Source: an uncultured bacterium
GTDB lineage: Bacteria > Krumholzibacteriota > Krumholzibacteriia > LZORAL124-64-63
Assembly (NCBI GenBank): GCA_963732385.1
Contig: CAVSZB010000007.1
Span: 192,001 to 256,000 of the forward strand
DNA length: 64,000 nucleotides
Direction of reading: 5' to 3'
Shown here: positions 39,679 through 56,528 of the stretch, piece by piece
How the letters are laid out: every line of letters starts with the position of its first letter
Position numbering within the stretch: the first letter of the stretch is position 1
Notes under the pieces: model-generated
What the model was told of the DNA's origin: nothing
What the model saw: the letters and a program-made list of their open reading frames with translations, nothing else
The model's database searches: none
Program-made: the position numbers and the translations under genes

Positions 39679-40533
39679 GTGGCGAAGCAGCGAAGCGACA
39701 TCGGCGGGAGATCATCGACCATGGTTCTGTCGGTGATGCTGGCGCTGGTCTGCGCGGCGACCGCCGGCCCCTGTCTCGGGGCGTCGCTGGCGGAGCGCTC
39801 CGGCGGGACCGACGACACCGCCTGGCTGCGCGCCGAGCTGGCGGTGTTCGGCAGCGGCGCCAGCTCTGCGTGGCCAGCCGCCTCCCTGGTGGGGCAGGAT
39901 GTGGGCGGCGTGCGGACGTCCGGTCCTGGCCCGGATCGCGGCGATCTGGGGCGCAAGGTGACGGCCGGCCTGCTTTCGCTGGTGCTTCCGGGAGCCGGAC
40001 AGTTCTACAACGGGGACCGGCAGAAGGCCTATGTCTTTGCCGGCGTGGAGGCGGCGGTCTGGGGGTCGTATCTGACCTTCGACAATCAGGGAGACGGTCG
40101 CAGCGAAACGTATCGCGACTACGCCGGGATCTACGCCGGCACCCTCGTGGGCGATGCGCAGGATTCCTACTGGCGTTCCGTGGGGCGCTATCTCGACTCC
40201 GACGCCTACAACGAAGCGGTGCTGCGCGAAGCGCGGGCTTTCGAGACGGAGCCGAGCGGTCTGGTCGGGCCCGACCAGGCGTGGCAGTGGCGCAACGAGG
40301 ACCATTTCCGCGTCTATCAGGAGTTGCGGGCAGATGCGAGCCGCGCCTACAACCGGCGCGATTTCATGACCCTCTTCGCCGTCCTCAACCGCGTGGTGGC
40401 GGTGTATGACGCCGTGCGGCACAGCGTCGATGACAAGCTTAACGGCGAGGTGCTCGGCTTCAATATCGAGTTATCGGTCGATCCTTCCTTGCGCCGGCCG
40501 GCTACGGGATGCGTCGTTTCGCGCCGGTTCTGA
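39679..40533 (+). CDS. Exported/membrane hypothetical protein, DUF5683-like
   Basis: LSLVLPGAGQFYNG motif and C-terminal Phe; exact start uncertain (39649/39679/39721). Confidence 0.6.
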   Translation: MAKQRSDIGGRSSTMVLSVMLALVCAATAGPCLGASLAERSGGTDDTAWLRAELAVFGSGASSAWPAASLVGQDVGGVRTSGPGPDRGDLGRKVTAGLLSLVLPGAGQFYNGDRQKAYVFAGVEAAVWGSYLTFDNQGDGRSETYRDYAGIYAGTLVGDAQDSYWRSVGRYLDSDAYNEAVLREARAFETEPSGLVGPDQAWQWRNEDHFRVYQELRADASRAYNRRDFMTLFAVLNRVVAVYDAVRHSVDDKLNGEVLGFNIELSVDPSLRRPATGCVVSRRF

Positions 40534-41528
40534 CCGCGTTTGCGGTCGCCTGCTCTGCCGCCGCCCTCCTGCCCGGCTGCGTGCCGGCGGCGGGGGAGCG
40601 GTTCCCACGGGTGGTGGCGGAAGACGCGGCCCCGGCCCTCCGGCCCACGCTCGACTCCGGCCGGCCCGTGCCGCGGCGGCTCGATTTCCTCTACCTGTAC
40701 GAGAACGATCGCACGGCGCCCTACTATCCGCTCGAAGGGGTGGGAGCGGTCGCGTACGCGTCCGACGGCACGCTCTTCCTTTGCGACGAGAAGGGGGGAC
40801 GCGTGCACGGCTGTGTGGGGGGCACCGGCGAGTGGTTCCAGTTCGATGGCGGTCCCGAACAGCCGTTCCGTCCGGTCGACGTGCAGGTGGACGGCTTCTC
40901 CGTGCTGGTGCTGGACTACGGTTCGCGCCTGCTGCTGCGTTATGAGACGGGGGGCGCGCTGCAGGATCGGCTGCTCAGCTTCCGCAATCTTGACGCGACG
41001 CTCGATCGTCTGCCGGTCGCTTTCGACGTGGATCGCGATGGTCGGATCGTCTGCGCCGACGCCGGCGCGGAGCAGATCGTGCTGCTCGATTCATTCCTGA
41101 ACCTTTCCCAGGTGCTGGGCGAACCGGGGACACACCGCGAGCAGTTCCGCGCTCCCAGTGGTGTGGCTTTCCGGGACGACGGTGGTTTTGTCGTGGCCGA
41201 TCGCGGCAACCGCCGCCTGCAGTGGTACAACCGGCTCGGCTATTTCGAGGACGTGGTGGGGGGAGAATTCGATCCCCGCAATCCGCTGCTCACTCCGCAG
41301 GGGCTCGACACCGACGCGTACGGCAACCTGTTCGTGGCCGATCCGGCCGCCGGCGCCGTGCATGTGTTCGGTTCCGATCTGGTTCTGCTCTTTTCCGCCG
41401 GCTCCGAACTCGGGCTGCTGGCTGCGCCCCAGCAGCCGCTGGACGTGGCCGTGGGGCCGGAGGATCTGCTGGCGGTGTCCGACCGTGGCCGGCAGGCGGT
41501 GCTCGTCTACCGCATCGTCTACGACTGA
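40509..41528 (+). CDS. NHL-repeat (beta-propeller) lipoprotein
   Basis: Lipobox LLPG-C; FRAPSGVA..VVADRGNRRLQ, PQGLDTD..GNLFVAD, PLDVAV..VSDRG. Confidence 0.8.
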   Translation: MRRFAPVLTAFAVACSAAALLPGCVPAAGERFPRVVAEDAAPALRPTLDSGRPVPRRLDFLYLYENDRTAPYYPLEGVGAVAYASDGTLFLCDEKGGRVHGCVGGTGEWFQFDGGPEQPFRPVDVQVDGFSVLVLDYGSRLLLRYETGGALQDRLLSFRNLDATLDRLPVAFDVDRDGRIVCADAGAEQIVLLDSFLNLSQVLGEPGTHREQFRAPSGVAFRDDGGFVVADRGNRRLQWYNRLGYFEDVVGGEFDPRNPLLTPQGLDTDAYGNLFVADPAAGAVHVFGSDLVLLFSAGSELGLLAAPQQPLDVAVGPEDLLAVSDRGRQAVLVYRIVYD

Positions 41529-44500
41529 CGCTCCGGGGGTGGTCGACCGTGCGGATGCCCCCCCGGCGCGTGATCCTGCTCGCGGTTCTCGGACTCGGAC
41601 TTCCCGCTGCGGCGTGGGCCTTACCGTCACCTGCGGATCGCATTACGCCGGCCGACAGTACGGCCGCGCCGCCCGACAGCTCCCTCTGGCGCCGTGAAAC
41701 CGAATGGCACCTGATCGCGCCCGGTACGCCGGCGCTGCCGCTGGCGCATGGCCTGGTGGTGCCGGGCAGCCTGCGCGCCTGGGTCGGGGGGGCGCCCTGG
41801 CAGGAGCCGGAGGACTTCCGCGTCGCCGCGCGGGAAGGGGTCTGGCTGCCGCGCCGTTCGCTCGGCCCGGCCGGCGGCGATCCGGTGCGGGTGCGGCTGG
41901 TCTACCGCTTCCTGCCGGCGCCGCTGCCGGTCGTGCGCGAACTGCACGCGCCCGCGGCGGCGCCGCCGCCGGCGGGCGCAGACTCGATTCCGGTCGGGCA
42001 GGCGACGGGCCCGGTGGCGGCCGGTGCCCCTCCCGGGTCGGCGGCTGCCCTGGATCCGCTCACCGTGCGGGGGAGCAAGTCAGTGCGGCTCGCTTCGGGA
42101 AACCGGCGCGAACTGGTTGTCGACCAGACCCTGCGCCTGGCGATCGAGGGGCGGCTGACCCCCGAAATCACGGTGCGGGCGGCGTTGTCCGACGACAACC
42201 TGCCGGTCGTGCCGGAAGGGAACACCGAGCAGCTGCGCGACGTGGACAAGGTCCTGGTCGAACTGGAATCGGCGCGCTGGCGCGCCACGCTCGGCGACTT
42301 CGTGGCGCGGCGCGAGGGGAGCGTGTTTGGCGACTACCGCCGCAAACTGCAGGGGGTGGCGCTCACCGCCACGCCCGGTCCGGCGCGGGCGGATCTGCTC
42401 GCCGGCTCGCCCCGAGGCGTCTATCGGACGCTGCAGGTCCGGGGCCAGGAGGCCAACCAGGGTCCTTACCGTCTGGGCGCTGGCGAGGCCGGGCGGGAAC
42501 TGTTCATCGTCGCGGGATCGGAACGGGTTGCGTTGGACGGACAGCCGCTGACGCGCGGCGCCGACCGGGACTACATCATCGACTATGTGCGCGGCACGAT
42601 CACCTTCACCTTCCGCCGACTCATCACCGCCGAAACGACCATTGTGGTGGAGTTCGAGGAGGGGGAGGGGCCGTACGCCCGCACCGTGACCGGCGGCGGC
42701 GCCTCCGGAGATTTCACGCTGCCGTGGGGCGATGGTGTGCCGGGGGGGATGGGGGTGCGTCTCACCCGGGAGGGCGACGATCCCCAGCGCCTGCGCACCG
42801 GCGAACTGGGCGATGCCGACCGGGCCGCCCTCGCGGCCGCGGGCGACGATCCGACCCGGGCGGTTGCTGACGGCGTCGTCGAGACCGAGCCTGGGCAGGG
42901 GCACTACCGGCGCGAGGCGCTCCCCGACGCGGAGATCTGGGTGTACGACCCGGCCGGCGCCTACGAGATCAGCTTCTTCTACGCCGGCGCCGGCGTCGGC
43001 AACTACGGGCTCGATTCGCTCACCGTGGCGGGGGTGCGCGCCTACGGCTGGCGCGGCGACGGCGGCGGCAGCTACCGCGTGGGGCGGCCTTTGCCGCTGC
43101 CGGAGAGCCGGAGCGTCACGACGCTGACCGCGCGACTCGGCCGGATCGAGCAGCCGCTGCTGGCGGTGGAGTGGAACGCGGGTCGTCTGGATCGCAACGC
43201 CTTCTCCAGCCTCGACGATGCCGACAACGTCGGGGTGGCCTGGTCCGCCCGCGTCGCCCCGGGGGAGAGCGAGGTGCGCCTGGCTGGCCGGGAGCTGGGG
43301 CGGGTCGCGCTCGAGGCGTCCCACGAGAACCGCGACAGCCGCTTCCGGCCGTTCGTCCTGCACCGCGACCTTTTCACCTACGATCGCTGGGGACTGGCCG
43401 GCCGGGCGCGCCGCGCCGGCTTTCTCGAGGAGCGCGACGTGGAGAGCCGGGTCACCGGCACCTGGGTGGCGGGCGGCGAGACGCGGCGCGCTCGGGTGGC
43501 GGGCGAATGGGGACGCCTGTCCCACGGCGGTGCGCTTGACGCGGACCGTCGGTCGCTCGACGCCGGCTGGCTCTGGGGGAGATGGAACGGTGCGTCGCTC
43601 TGGGAACAGGCGTCGGCTGCCGACCGGCGGGATCCGCTCGCGGTCGAGCGCCGGCGGCAACGGCAGGCGCTGGTCTGGACCGGTCGCCTCGCGCGCCCCG
43701 GGCTGATCTACGAGGCTGAGCAGTGGCGCGACGCGGCGGTCACCGGTCCCGCCGCCGCGGGGGCCCGTCTGCGGCGCTGGGGCGGCACGCTCGAGGCGTC
43801 GCCGGGACGGTCGCTGCGCTGGCTGGCCGGCTTCGAGCGGGGGCTGTCCGATTCGCTACGCGCCGACGCCTGGCAGCGCGAGCGCGATGCCCGCACCTGG
43901 CGCGCGCAGCTTGCGGCGCCTCCGGTGGCGGGGGTGCGCGTGTCGGGTGAGGGGACCTTGCGCAGGCTCCTGGGCAGCGCCGGCGGCGAACAGACCACGC
44001 GGCTGGCGCGTCTCAACCTGGCCGGACTCTGGCCGCGTCTCGGCAGTGACTGGAGTCTGGAATACGGTGTGGACAACAGTCGGATCGAACTGCTGGACCG
44101 GCAGATCGTGTTCGTCGGGCTGCGGTTGGGGGACTACGATCGCGACGGCAATTTCCTGGGGCGCGGCCAGGGCGATTACAACGTTGTCTACGCCGGCACC
44201 GACAGCCTGGTCGCGACGACGGAGGTGAAGGGGAATCTTGCCTGGCGTCAGCAATGGCGGTTGCCGGACGGGGGCCGGGGCTGGGGCCGAGTCACCGCCC
44301 TGACCACGCTCGCCGTCCGCGGACGCAGTCGCGCCGATGAGGTGGGGCCGCTGCTGCGCTTCGCCTCCGCTGCGCTGTTCGATCCGGAATCGACCGTGCT
44401 GGGCGAGGTGGGCTGGCAGCAGGAACTGGACCTGCTGCAGGGATGGCAGGGCTGGGATCTGCGGCTCAAGCACGATTTCGCGCAGGCCCTCGACCGGCAG

Positions 44501-45014
44501 TACGCTGCCCACCCGGAGGACCGGTTGCGCCGGCTGGAGCAGGGCACGGTCACGCGGAGTCTCTCCGAACGCACCACGCTGCAGTGGCGCGCCGGACGCG
44601 AGGCGGAGCGGCGCGCCACGCGGTCAGGCTCCGTGGCGGGAGAGCGCAGCTACGCCGCCACGATCTGGCGCCACGAAGGGGAATGGTCGCTGCGGCCCGG
44701 CGCCGGCAGTCGTCTGGCGCTGGCCGGGGAGTACATCCGGCGGGACGACGCGGTTTCGGGCTGGCGGCAGCGGGAGTGGGCGGTGCGCCCCTCTGCCCGC
44801 TGGCGGCTGGAGCAGCGCTGGAGCGGCACCGTGGAGGCGCGCTGGGCGCAGGTCACCAGCGCCGCGCCGACCGGCGCGATCCGCCCCTATTTCTTCGCCT
44901 ATCCCGGCGTGAACCGGGACCTGAGTGCGCGGCTGGCCTGGGATCCCTCCGCGACACTCAGCGTCGCGGCTGTCTACTTCGGACGTCAACTGGGCGGGAG
45001 GGGGTGGCAGCACG

Positions 45015-51718
<6,704 letters not shown>

Positions 51719-51758
51719 ACCGGTCCGTCCGCCCACTCCGACGACAGGCGAAATCATC

Positions 51759-53363
51759 GTGAGCTCGCGACCGTTCGTCATTGGCGAGGAGGCCCTCGAC
51801 CTCGCGACCTTCGCGGCGGTCTGTGCCGGCGCGCGGAGCGTGGCGCTTGGCGACGGCGCGCGTGCCCGCGTGATGGCGTCGCTGGCGCTGCGCCGCCGGC
51901 TGGAGGCGGGAGAGGCGCGCGTCTACGGGATCAACACCGGTTTTGGCCGGCTCGCCGACACCGTCATCCCGCCCGCTCAACGCGCGGCGTTGCAGACCAA
52001 CCTCGTGCGCAGCCACGCCGTGGGCTGGGGCCCGCCGCTGACGCGGGCGGAGACGCGCGGACTGGTCTTCCTGCGCGCGCTCAGTCTGGCGCGCGGCTAC
52101 TCCGGCGTGCGTCCCGAAGTCGTCGAGCAGCTGCTCTGGCTGCTGGAGTGCGGACTGCATCCGTGGATCCCGTCGCGCGGATCGGTCGGGGCGAGCGGCG
52201 ATCTCGCGCCGCTGGCGCATCTCGGACTCGTGCTGTTGGGCGAGGGACATGTCCTGGGCGAGGATGGCCGCCGGGAGCCGGCCGCCGCCGCGCTGGCGCG
52301 GCACGGTCGCGCTCCGCTGCGGCTCGAGGCGAAGGAGGGACTCGCCCTCATCAATGGCACGCAGCTGATGAACGCGCTCGGCCTGCTGGCGGTGGCCCGG
52401 GGCGAGCGTCTGCTGCGGTGGGCGGTCGTGGCCGCCGCGCTTTCGGCGGAGGGACTCGAGGCGAGTGTGGCGCCGTTCGGGGCGCGCTACCACGCGCTGC
52501 GGCCGCATCCGGAGATCGCGGCCGTGGCGGCCGCGATCGACGCCCTGCTCGCCGGCAGTCCGATCGTTTCCGCCCACGGGGATTGCCCGCGCGTGCAGGA
52601 TCCCTACTCGGTGCGTTGCGCGCCGCAGGTGCTCGGCGCGAGCCTGGCCGCGCTGCGTCAGGCCCGCGTGGTGATGCTGCGGGAGGCCGGCGCCGTCACC
52701 GACAATCCGGTGCTGCTGCCGGAGGAGGGGATCGCCGTCTCGGGCGGCCACTTCCACGGACAGCCGTTGGCGTTGCAGCTCGATGCGCTGGCGGTGGCGC
52801 TGTGCGAGATCGGCAGCGTGGCCGAGCGGCGGGTGGCGCTGTTCATGGGGGGCAACGGGGGGCGACTGCCGCGGTTTCTCGCTGCCGCGCCCGGCCTCGA
52901 GTCGGGCCTGATGATCGCTCAGTATCTGGCGGCTGCACTGGTCAGCGAGAACAAGACCGGCGCCTTTCCCGCGAGTGTCGATTCGATCCCCACTTCCGAT
53001 GGCCAGGAGGACCACGTCAGCATGGGCAGCGTGGCGGCGCTGCGCCTGGCGCCCCTGCTCGATCGCGTGGAGGCGGTGGTGGCGATTGAACTGCTGACGG
53101 CGGGACGGGCGCTGCAGTTCATCGGCGATCCGTCCCGCGCGGAAGCGTGCGGACGCGTGGCCCTGACCATGGCGAAGGCGACCGCGGCGGTCCTGGCGCA
53201 GCTGGCCGCGACGGTCGATCTGGCGCCGGTGGACCGGTCGTTGACGGAGGACCTGGAGCGGATCTGCCGGCTGATCGGCGGGGCTGAGGCGGCCGGTTGC
53301 GCCACGGCGCTGGCCGCCCTGGCCGCCGGGCCCGACCTGGCGCCCGCAGTTCCGGCGGCCTGA
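51759..53363 (+). CDS. hutH: Histidine ammonia-lyase
   Basis: VYGINTGFG, GSVGASGDLAPL (MIO-forming ASG), KEGLALING, VQDPYSVRC, QEDHVSMG; adjacent to hutI. Confidence 0.93.
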   Translation: MSSRPFVIGEEALDLATFAAVCAGARSVALGDGARARVMASLALRRRLEAGEARVYGINTGFGRLADTVIPPAQRAALQTNLVRSHAVGWGPPLTRAETRGLVFLRALSLARGYSGVRPEVVEQLLWLLECGLHPWIPSRGSVGASGDLAPLAHLGLVLLGEGHVLGEDGRREPAAAALARHGRAPLRLEAKEGLALINGTQLMNALGLLAVARGERLLRWAVVAAALSAEGLEASVAPFGARYHALRPHPEIAAVAAAIDALLAGSPIVSAHGDCPRVQDPYSVRCAPQVLGASLAALRQARVVMLREAGAVTDNPVLLPEEGIAVSGGHFHGQPLALQLDALAVALCEIGSVAERRVALFMGGNGGRLPRFLAAAPGLESGLMIAQYLAAALVSENKTGAFPASVDSIPTSDGQEDHVSMGSVAALRLAPLLDRVEAVVAIELLTAGRALQFIGDPSRAEACGRVALTMAKATAAVLAQLAATVDLAPVDRSLTEDLERICRLIGGAEAAGCATALAALAAGPDLAPAVPAA

Positions 53364-53381
53364 GGCGGGAGGAGGGAGGCG

Positions 53382-54713
53382 ATGATGCACGCGGAGAACA
53401 ACAGCGCTGACCTGTGGCTGGACGTGGCGCGACAGCGCGCCGGGGCGACGGCAGGTCTGCTGGTGCACGGCATTGGCCAGCTCTGCACGCTGCATGATCC
53501 GGCGCTCGACGCGGCGGGACCGCGGCGGGGCGAGGGGTTGTCCCGGCTCGGGATCTTCACCGACGCGGCGCTCGCGGTGGCGGACGGTCGGGTGCTGGCG
53601 GCGGGGCCGGAGGCGGCCGTGCGCGAGGCGGTGGTGTGCTCCCCGGCCACGGTGATGGTCGACGCCGGCGGTCGTTGCATCGTGCCGGGCTACGTCGATC
53701 CGCATACGCACGCCGTCTTCGGGCGCTGGCGCCAGGACGAGTACGAGCGGCGGCTGCGCGGCGAGACGTATCAGGCCATTGCGGCCGGTGGCGGCGGCAT
53801 CCATGCGTCGGTGCGCGATCTGCGCGCGCGCGACACGGAGGAACTTGTCGCGCTGGTGGTGCCACGGCTCCGGGAAATGGTCACGCATGGCACTACCACC
53901 GTCGAGATCAAGAGCGGCTACGGCCTGACCCTCGCCGACGAGGTGAAAATGCTGCGGGTCGCGCGCGCCGCGGCCGGGGTCGCCGATTTGCGCGCCGTCC
54001 TGACCTGCCTGGCCGCGCACGAGGTACCGGCGGAGTTCCGCGACCGGCGCGCGGCGTACATCAGTCTCGTGGCCGATGAGATCCTGCCGGCGGTGGCGCG
54101 GGAGGGGCTGGCCGAACGGCTGGACGTCTTCTGCGAGCCGTCGGTGTTCACGCTCGCGGAGACCGAGCGGCTGGTGCGCCGGGGCGCGGAGCTCGGTCTG
54201 GCCGCCGTGCTGCACGCCGACGAACTGGAACCGATGGGCGGGGCGGCGCTGGCGGCGCGGCTCGGCGCGCGCTCGGCCGATCACCTCATCCGGATCGACG
54301 CCGCTGGAATCGCCGCCCTGGCGGCGTCGCGCACGGTCGCCGTACTGCTGCCGGGAACCGTGTTCACGCTCGGTCTGCGGAGCTACGCGCCGGCGCGCGA
54401 ACTGATCGCCGCGGGTGCGGCTGTGGCGCTGGCGAGCGATTTCAATCCCGGCAGTTGCCCGATCCTCTCGCAGCCGCTCATCCAGGCCATCGCCTGCACT
54501 CAGATGCGGCTCACGCCCGCCGAGGCCCTCACGGCCTGCACCCTCAACGCCGCGTGGGCGCTGGGCCGGCAGGACGAGGTCGGTTCTCTCGCCCCGGGCA
54601 AGCAGGCTGATTTTCTCCAGCTTGATGGCGGCGACTACCGGCTGGTGCCCTATCGGGCCGGCCACAACCCCGTGGTGGGGGTCTGGCGGGCCGGTAACCG
54701 GATCGGCCCGTGA
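53382..54713 (+). CDS. hutI: Imidazolonepropionase
   Basis: PGYVDPHTH, YQAIAAGGGGI, EIKSGYGL, DVFCE, HADEL, SADHL, ASDFNPGS. Confidence 0.95.
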   Translation: MMHAENNSADLWLDVARQRAGATAGLLVHGIGQLCTLHDPALDAAGPRRGEGLSRLGIFTDAALAVADGRVLAAGPEAAVREAVVCSPATVMVDAGGRCIVPGYVDPHTHAVFGRWRQDEYERRLRGETYQAIAAGGGGIHASVRDLRARDTEELVALVVPRLREMVTHGTTTVEIKSGYGLTLADEVKMLRVARAAAGVADLRAVLTCLAAHEVPAEFRDRRAAYISLVADEILPAVAREGLAERLDVFCEPSVFTLAETERLVRRGAELGLAAVLHADELEPMGGAALAARLGARSADHLIRIDAAGIAALAASRTVAVLLPGTVFTLGLRSYAPARELIAAGAAVALASDFNPGSCPILSQPLIQAIACTQMRLTPAEALTACTLNAAWALGRQDEVGSLAPGKQADFLQLDGGDYRLVPYRAGHNPVVGVWRAGNRIGP

Positions 54714-54744
54714 AGAATAGGCAAATTCAGGTCCTAAATAGGGC

Positions 54745-54771
54745 TTAACCTCCAGAGCGGAAGGGCGATAA
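54745..54771 (+). promoter_or_regulatory. sigma28 (FliA/WhiG/SigF)-like promoter
   Basis: TTAAC-N14-GGCGATAA versus consensus TAAAG-N14-GCCGATAA. Confidence 0.45.
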
Positions 54772-54853
54772 ATGGAAAGACCGTCGACCCGTCGGTCGTG
54801 GTCCTCAGCGCAACCATGGTTCGCCAGCTTCGCAGCCGCGGAGGATTCGATTC

Positions 54854-56467
54854 TTGTCCAAGGTGAGCAAGCTCAAGCAGGAAGCCTACCAGGCCGGCAA
54901 GAAGCGGGACTGGGACAAGGTCATGGTGCTCTATGAACAGATTCTCGAGGTCGAAAAAAACAACCCGTCGCTGATCAACGAACTCGGTGACGTCTGCCTG
55001 AAACGTGGCGACACGCCCCGCGCTCTCGAGCACTTCCTCTCGGCCGCCGAGAAGTATCGCCTGACCGGCCTGTTCAACAACGCGATCGCCATCTACAAGA
55101 AGATCCTGCGCTTCGACGCCGGAAACATGAACTCCCACTGGTATCTGGCCGAGTCGCGCGCCAGCCAGGGCATGGCCGCGGACGGGCTGGTCCACGCCCT
55201 GCAGTTCCTGGCGCCGGCGGAGCGGCTGAGCGCCGATTTCCGCGCTCCCTACGTCAAGCGGTGTGTGCGGATGCTCGCGCTGTTCGCCACCCAGCCGGAG
55301 GTCCTGTCGCGGCTGGCCGAACTGTTCCGTCATTGGGCGTTGCCGCTCGAGGGGGGGCGCGTGGCTCTGTTGCAGGCCTGCCTGGCGCACGCGGCGGGCA
55401 AGGTCGACGCGGCCCGCCAGGCGATCACGGAGCTGATGACCGAGCATCCCGATCTGGCCAATTACCCCGAGTACCAGACATGGCTCCGGCAGTTGGGCGA
55501 AGCGCCCGCCGTGACGGGGGATCCGGGCGCCGGCCATACCGAACATAACACGATCGAATTCGACGCCGCGCCGGCCGGCCTGACCGGCGGCGAACCGGGT
55601 TCCGAGCCGCTGCCTGATTCGCCGGACGCTCCGGCGCCGGGCGTCCCCGAGGCCGCAGACCGGGGGCTCGCTGATTCGCTCGGTCTGGTCGATCTGTGCG
55701 ACGCGGAGGATTCGGGCGGGGAGTCGGCCGGATTCCCCCTGGGCGAGCTGGACGACGCGGCGGGGAGCCGGGGGAGCGGCGGACTGCAGCGCACCGCGCG
55801 GTCGCGCCTGTTCGGCGAGGAGGAGTATCTGGGCGGGACGGTGCCCGAGGACGAGCCGGGGGATGAGCCGGAATCGTCCGACGACACCCGCTTCGAGATC
55901 GCCGTCGAGGACGTGCCGAGCTTCGCTGATCTGGCGAAGGAGCTGGAGGGCGAACGCGAGGTGCCCCGTCCGCCCGAGCCCACGGTCGATCTGCTGGCCG
56001 AGATCCTGGCCGAGACGGCCAGCGAGGACGCTGCGGGGGGTGGCCGGCAGGTCGAGACCATTGCCGACGAGATCGGCCGACAGGTGGGCGGAGAACAGGC
56101 GCAGGATCCCGAGGGTCAGTACAACATGGGCCTGGTCTACCTGGAGATGGAACTCTACGGACAGGCTGAGGAGTGTTTCGAAATCGCTTCGCGTGCGCCG
56201 GAATTCGCCCTGAGATGCTACGAGATGTGGGGCATCGTCCTGATCCGCCAGGCCCGGTACGAAGAGGCGGTCGATATCCTCGGGCGCGGGCTGCGTCTGC
56301 CGGCAGTGGCGACCGGCGATCTGCTCGGGCTGCTCTACCACACCGGACAGGCGTACGAGTTGGCCGGTCGCTCCGGCGCCGCGCGCGAGTACTACGAGCG
56401 CGTCTACCACACCTCGCCAAATTTCCTGGACATCGAGAAACGTATCGAGGCCCTGGAGTCGGTCTGA
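54854..56467 (+). CDS. Cytoplasmic TPR protein with acidic linker (SgmX-like)
   Basis: TTG after GGAGGA; N-terminal TPRs, Asp/Glu/Pro-rich linker, C-terminal QYNMGLVYLEMELY...LYHTGQAYE...NFLDIEKRI. Confidence 0.7.
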   Translation: MSKVSKLKQEAYQAGKKRDWDKVMVLYEQILEVEKNNPSLINELGDVCLKRGDTPRALEHFLSAAEKYRLTGLFNNAIAIYKKILRFDAGNMNSHWYLAESRASQGMAADGLVHALQFLAPAERLSADFRAPYVKRCVRMLALFATQPEVLSRLAELFRHWALPLEGGRVALLQACLAHAAGKVDAARQAITELMTEHPDLANYPEYQTWLRQLGEAPAVTGDPGAGHTEHNTIEFDAAPAGLTGGEPGSEPLPDSPDAPAPGVPEAADRGLADSLGLVDLCDAEDSGGESAGFPLGELDDAAGSRGSGGLQRTARSRLFGEEEYLGGTVPEDEPGDEPESSDDTRFEIAVEDVPSFADLAKELEGEREVPRPPEPTVDLLAEILAETASEDAAGGGRQVETIADEIGRQVGGEQAQDPEGQYNMGLVYLEMELYGQAEECFEIASRAPEFALRCYEMWGIVLIRQARYEEAVDILGRGLRLPAVATGDLLGLLYHTGQAYELAGRSGAAREYYERVYHTSPNFLDIEKRIEALESV

Positions 56468-56490
56468 CCCTCAGTCGCGGGTCCCGGCTC

Positions 56491-56519
56491 TTGTGGCGTT
56501 GCCGGCCATCCCCTAAGAT
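56491..56519 (+). promoter_or_regulatory. Possible sigma70 promoter (near-leaderless transcript)
   Basis: TTGTGG-N17-TAAGAT ending 9 nt before ATG 56529; no obvious RBS. Confidence 0.35.
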
Positions 56520-56528
56520 ACTCCGATC

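Noticed and set aside
51759..54713. hutH as a phenylalanine/tyrosine ammonia-lyase of a secondary-metabolite cluster
   Set aside because: Adjacent hutI indicates histidine catabolism. hutU and hutG are presumably elsewhere in the genome.
56468..56528. Cobalamin riboswitch ahead of the ECF/barrel fusion
   Set aside because: The intergenic space is only 61 nt and has no B12-box motifs.
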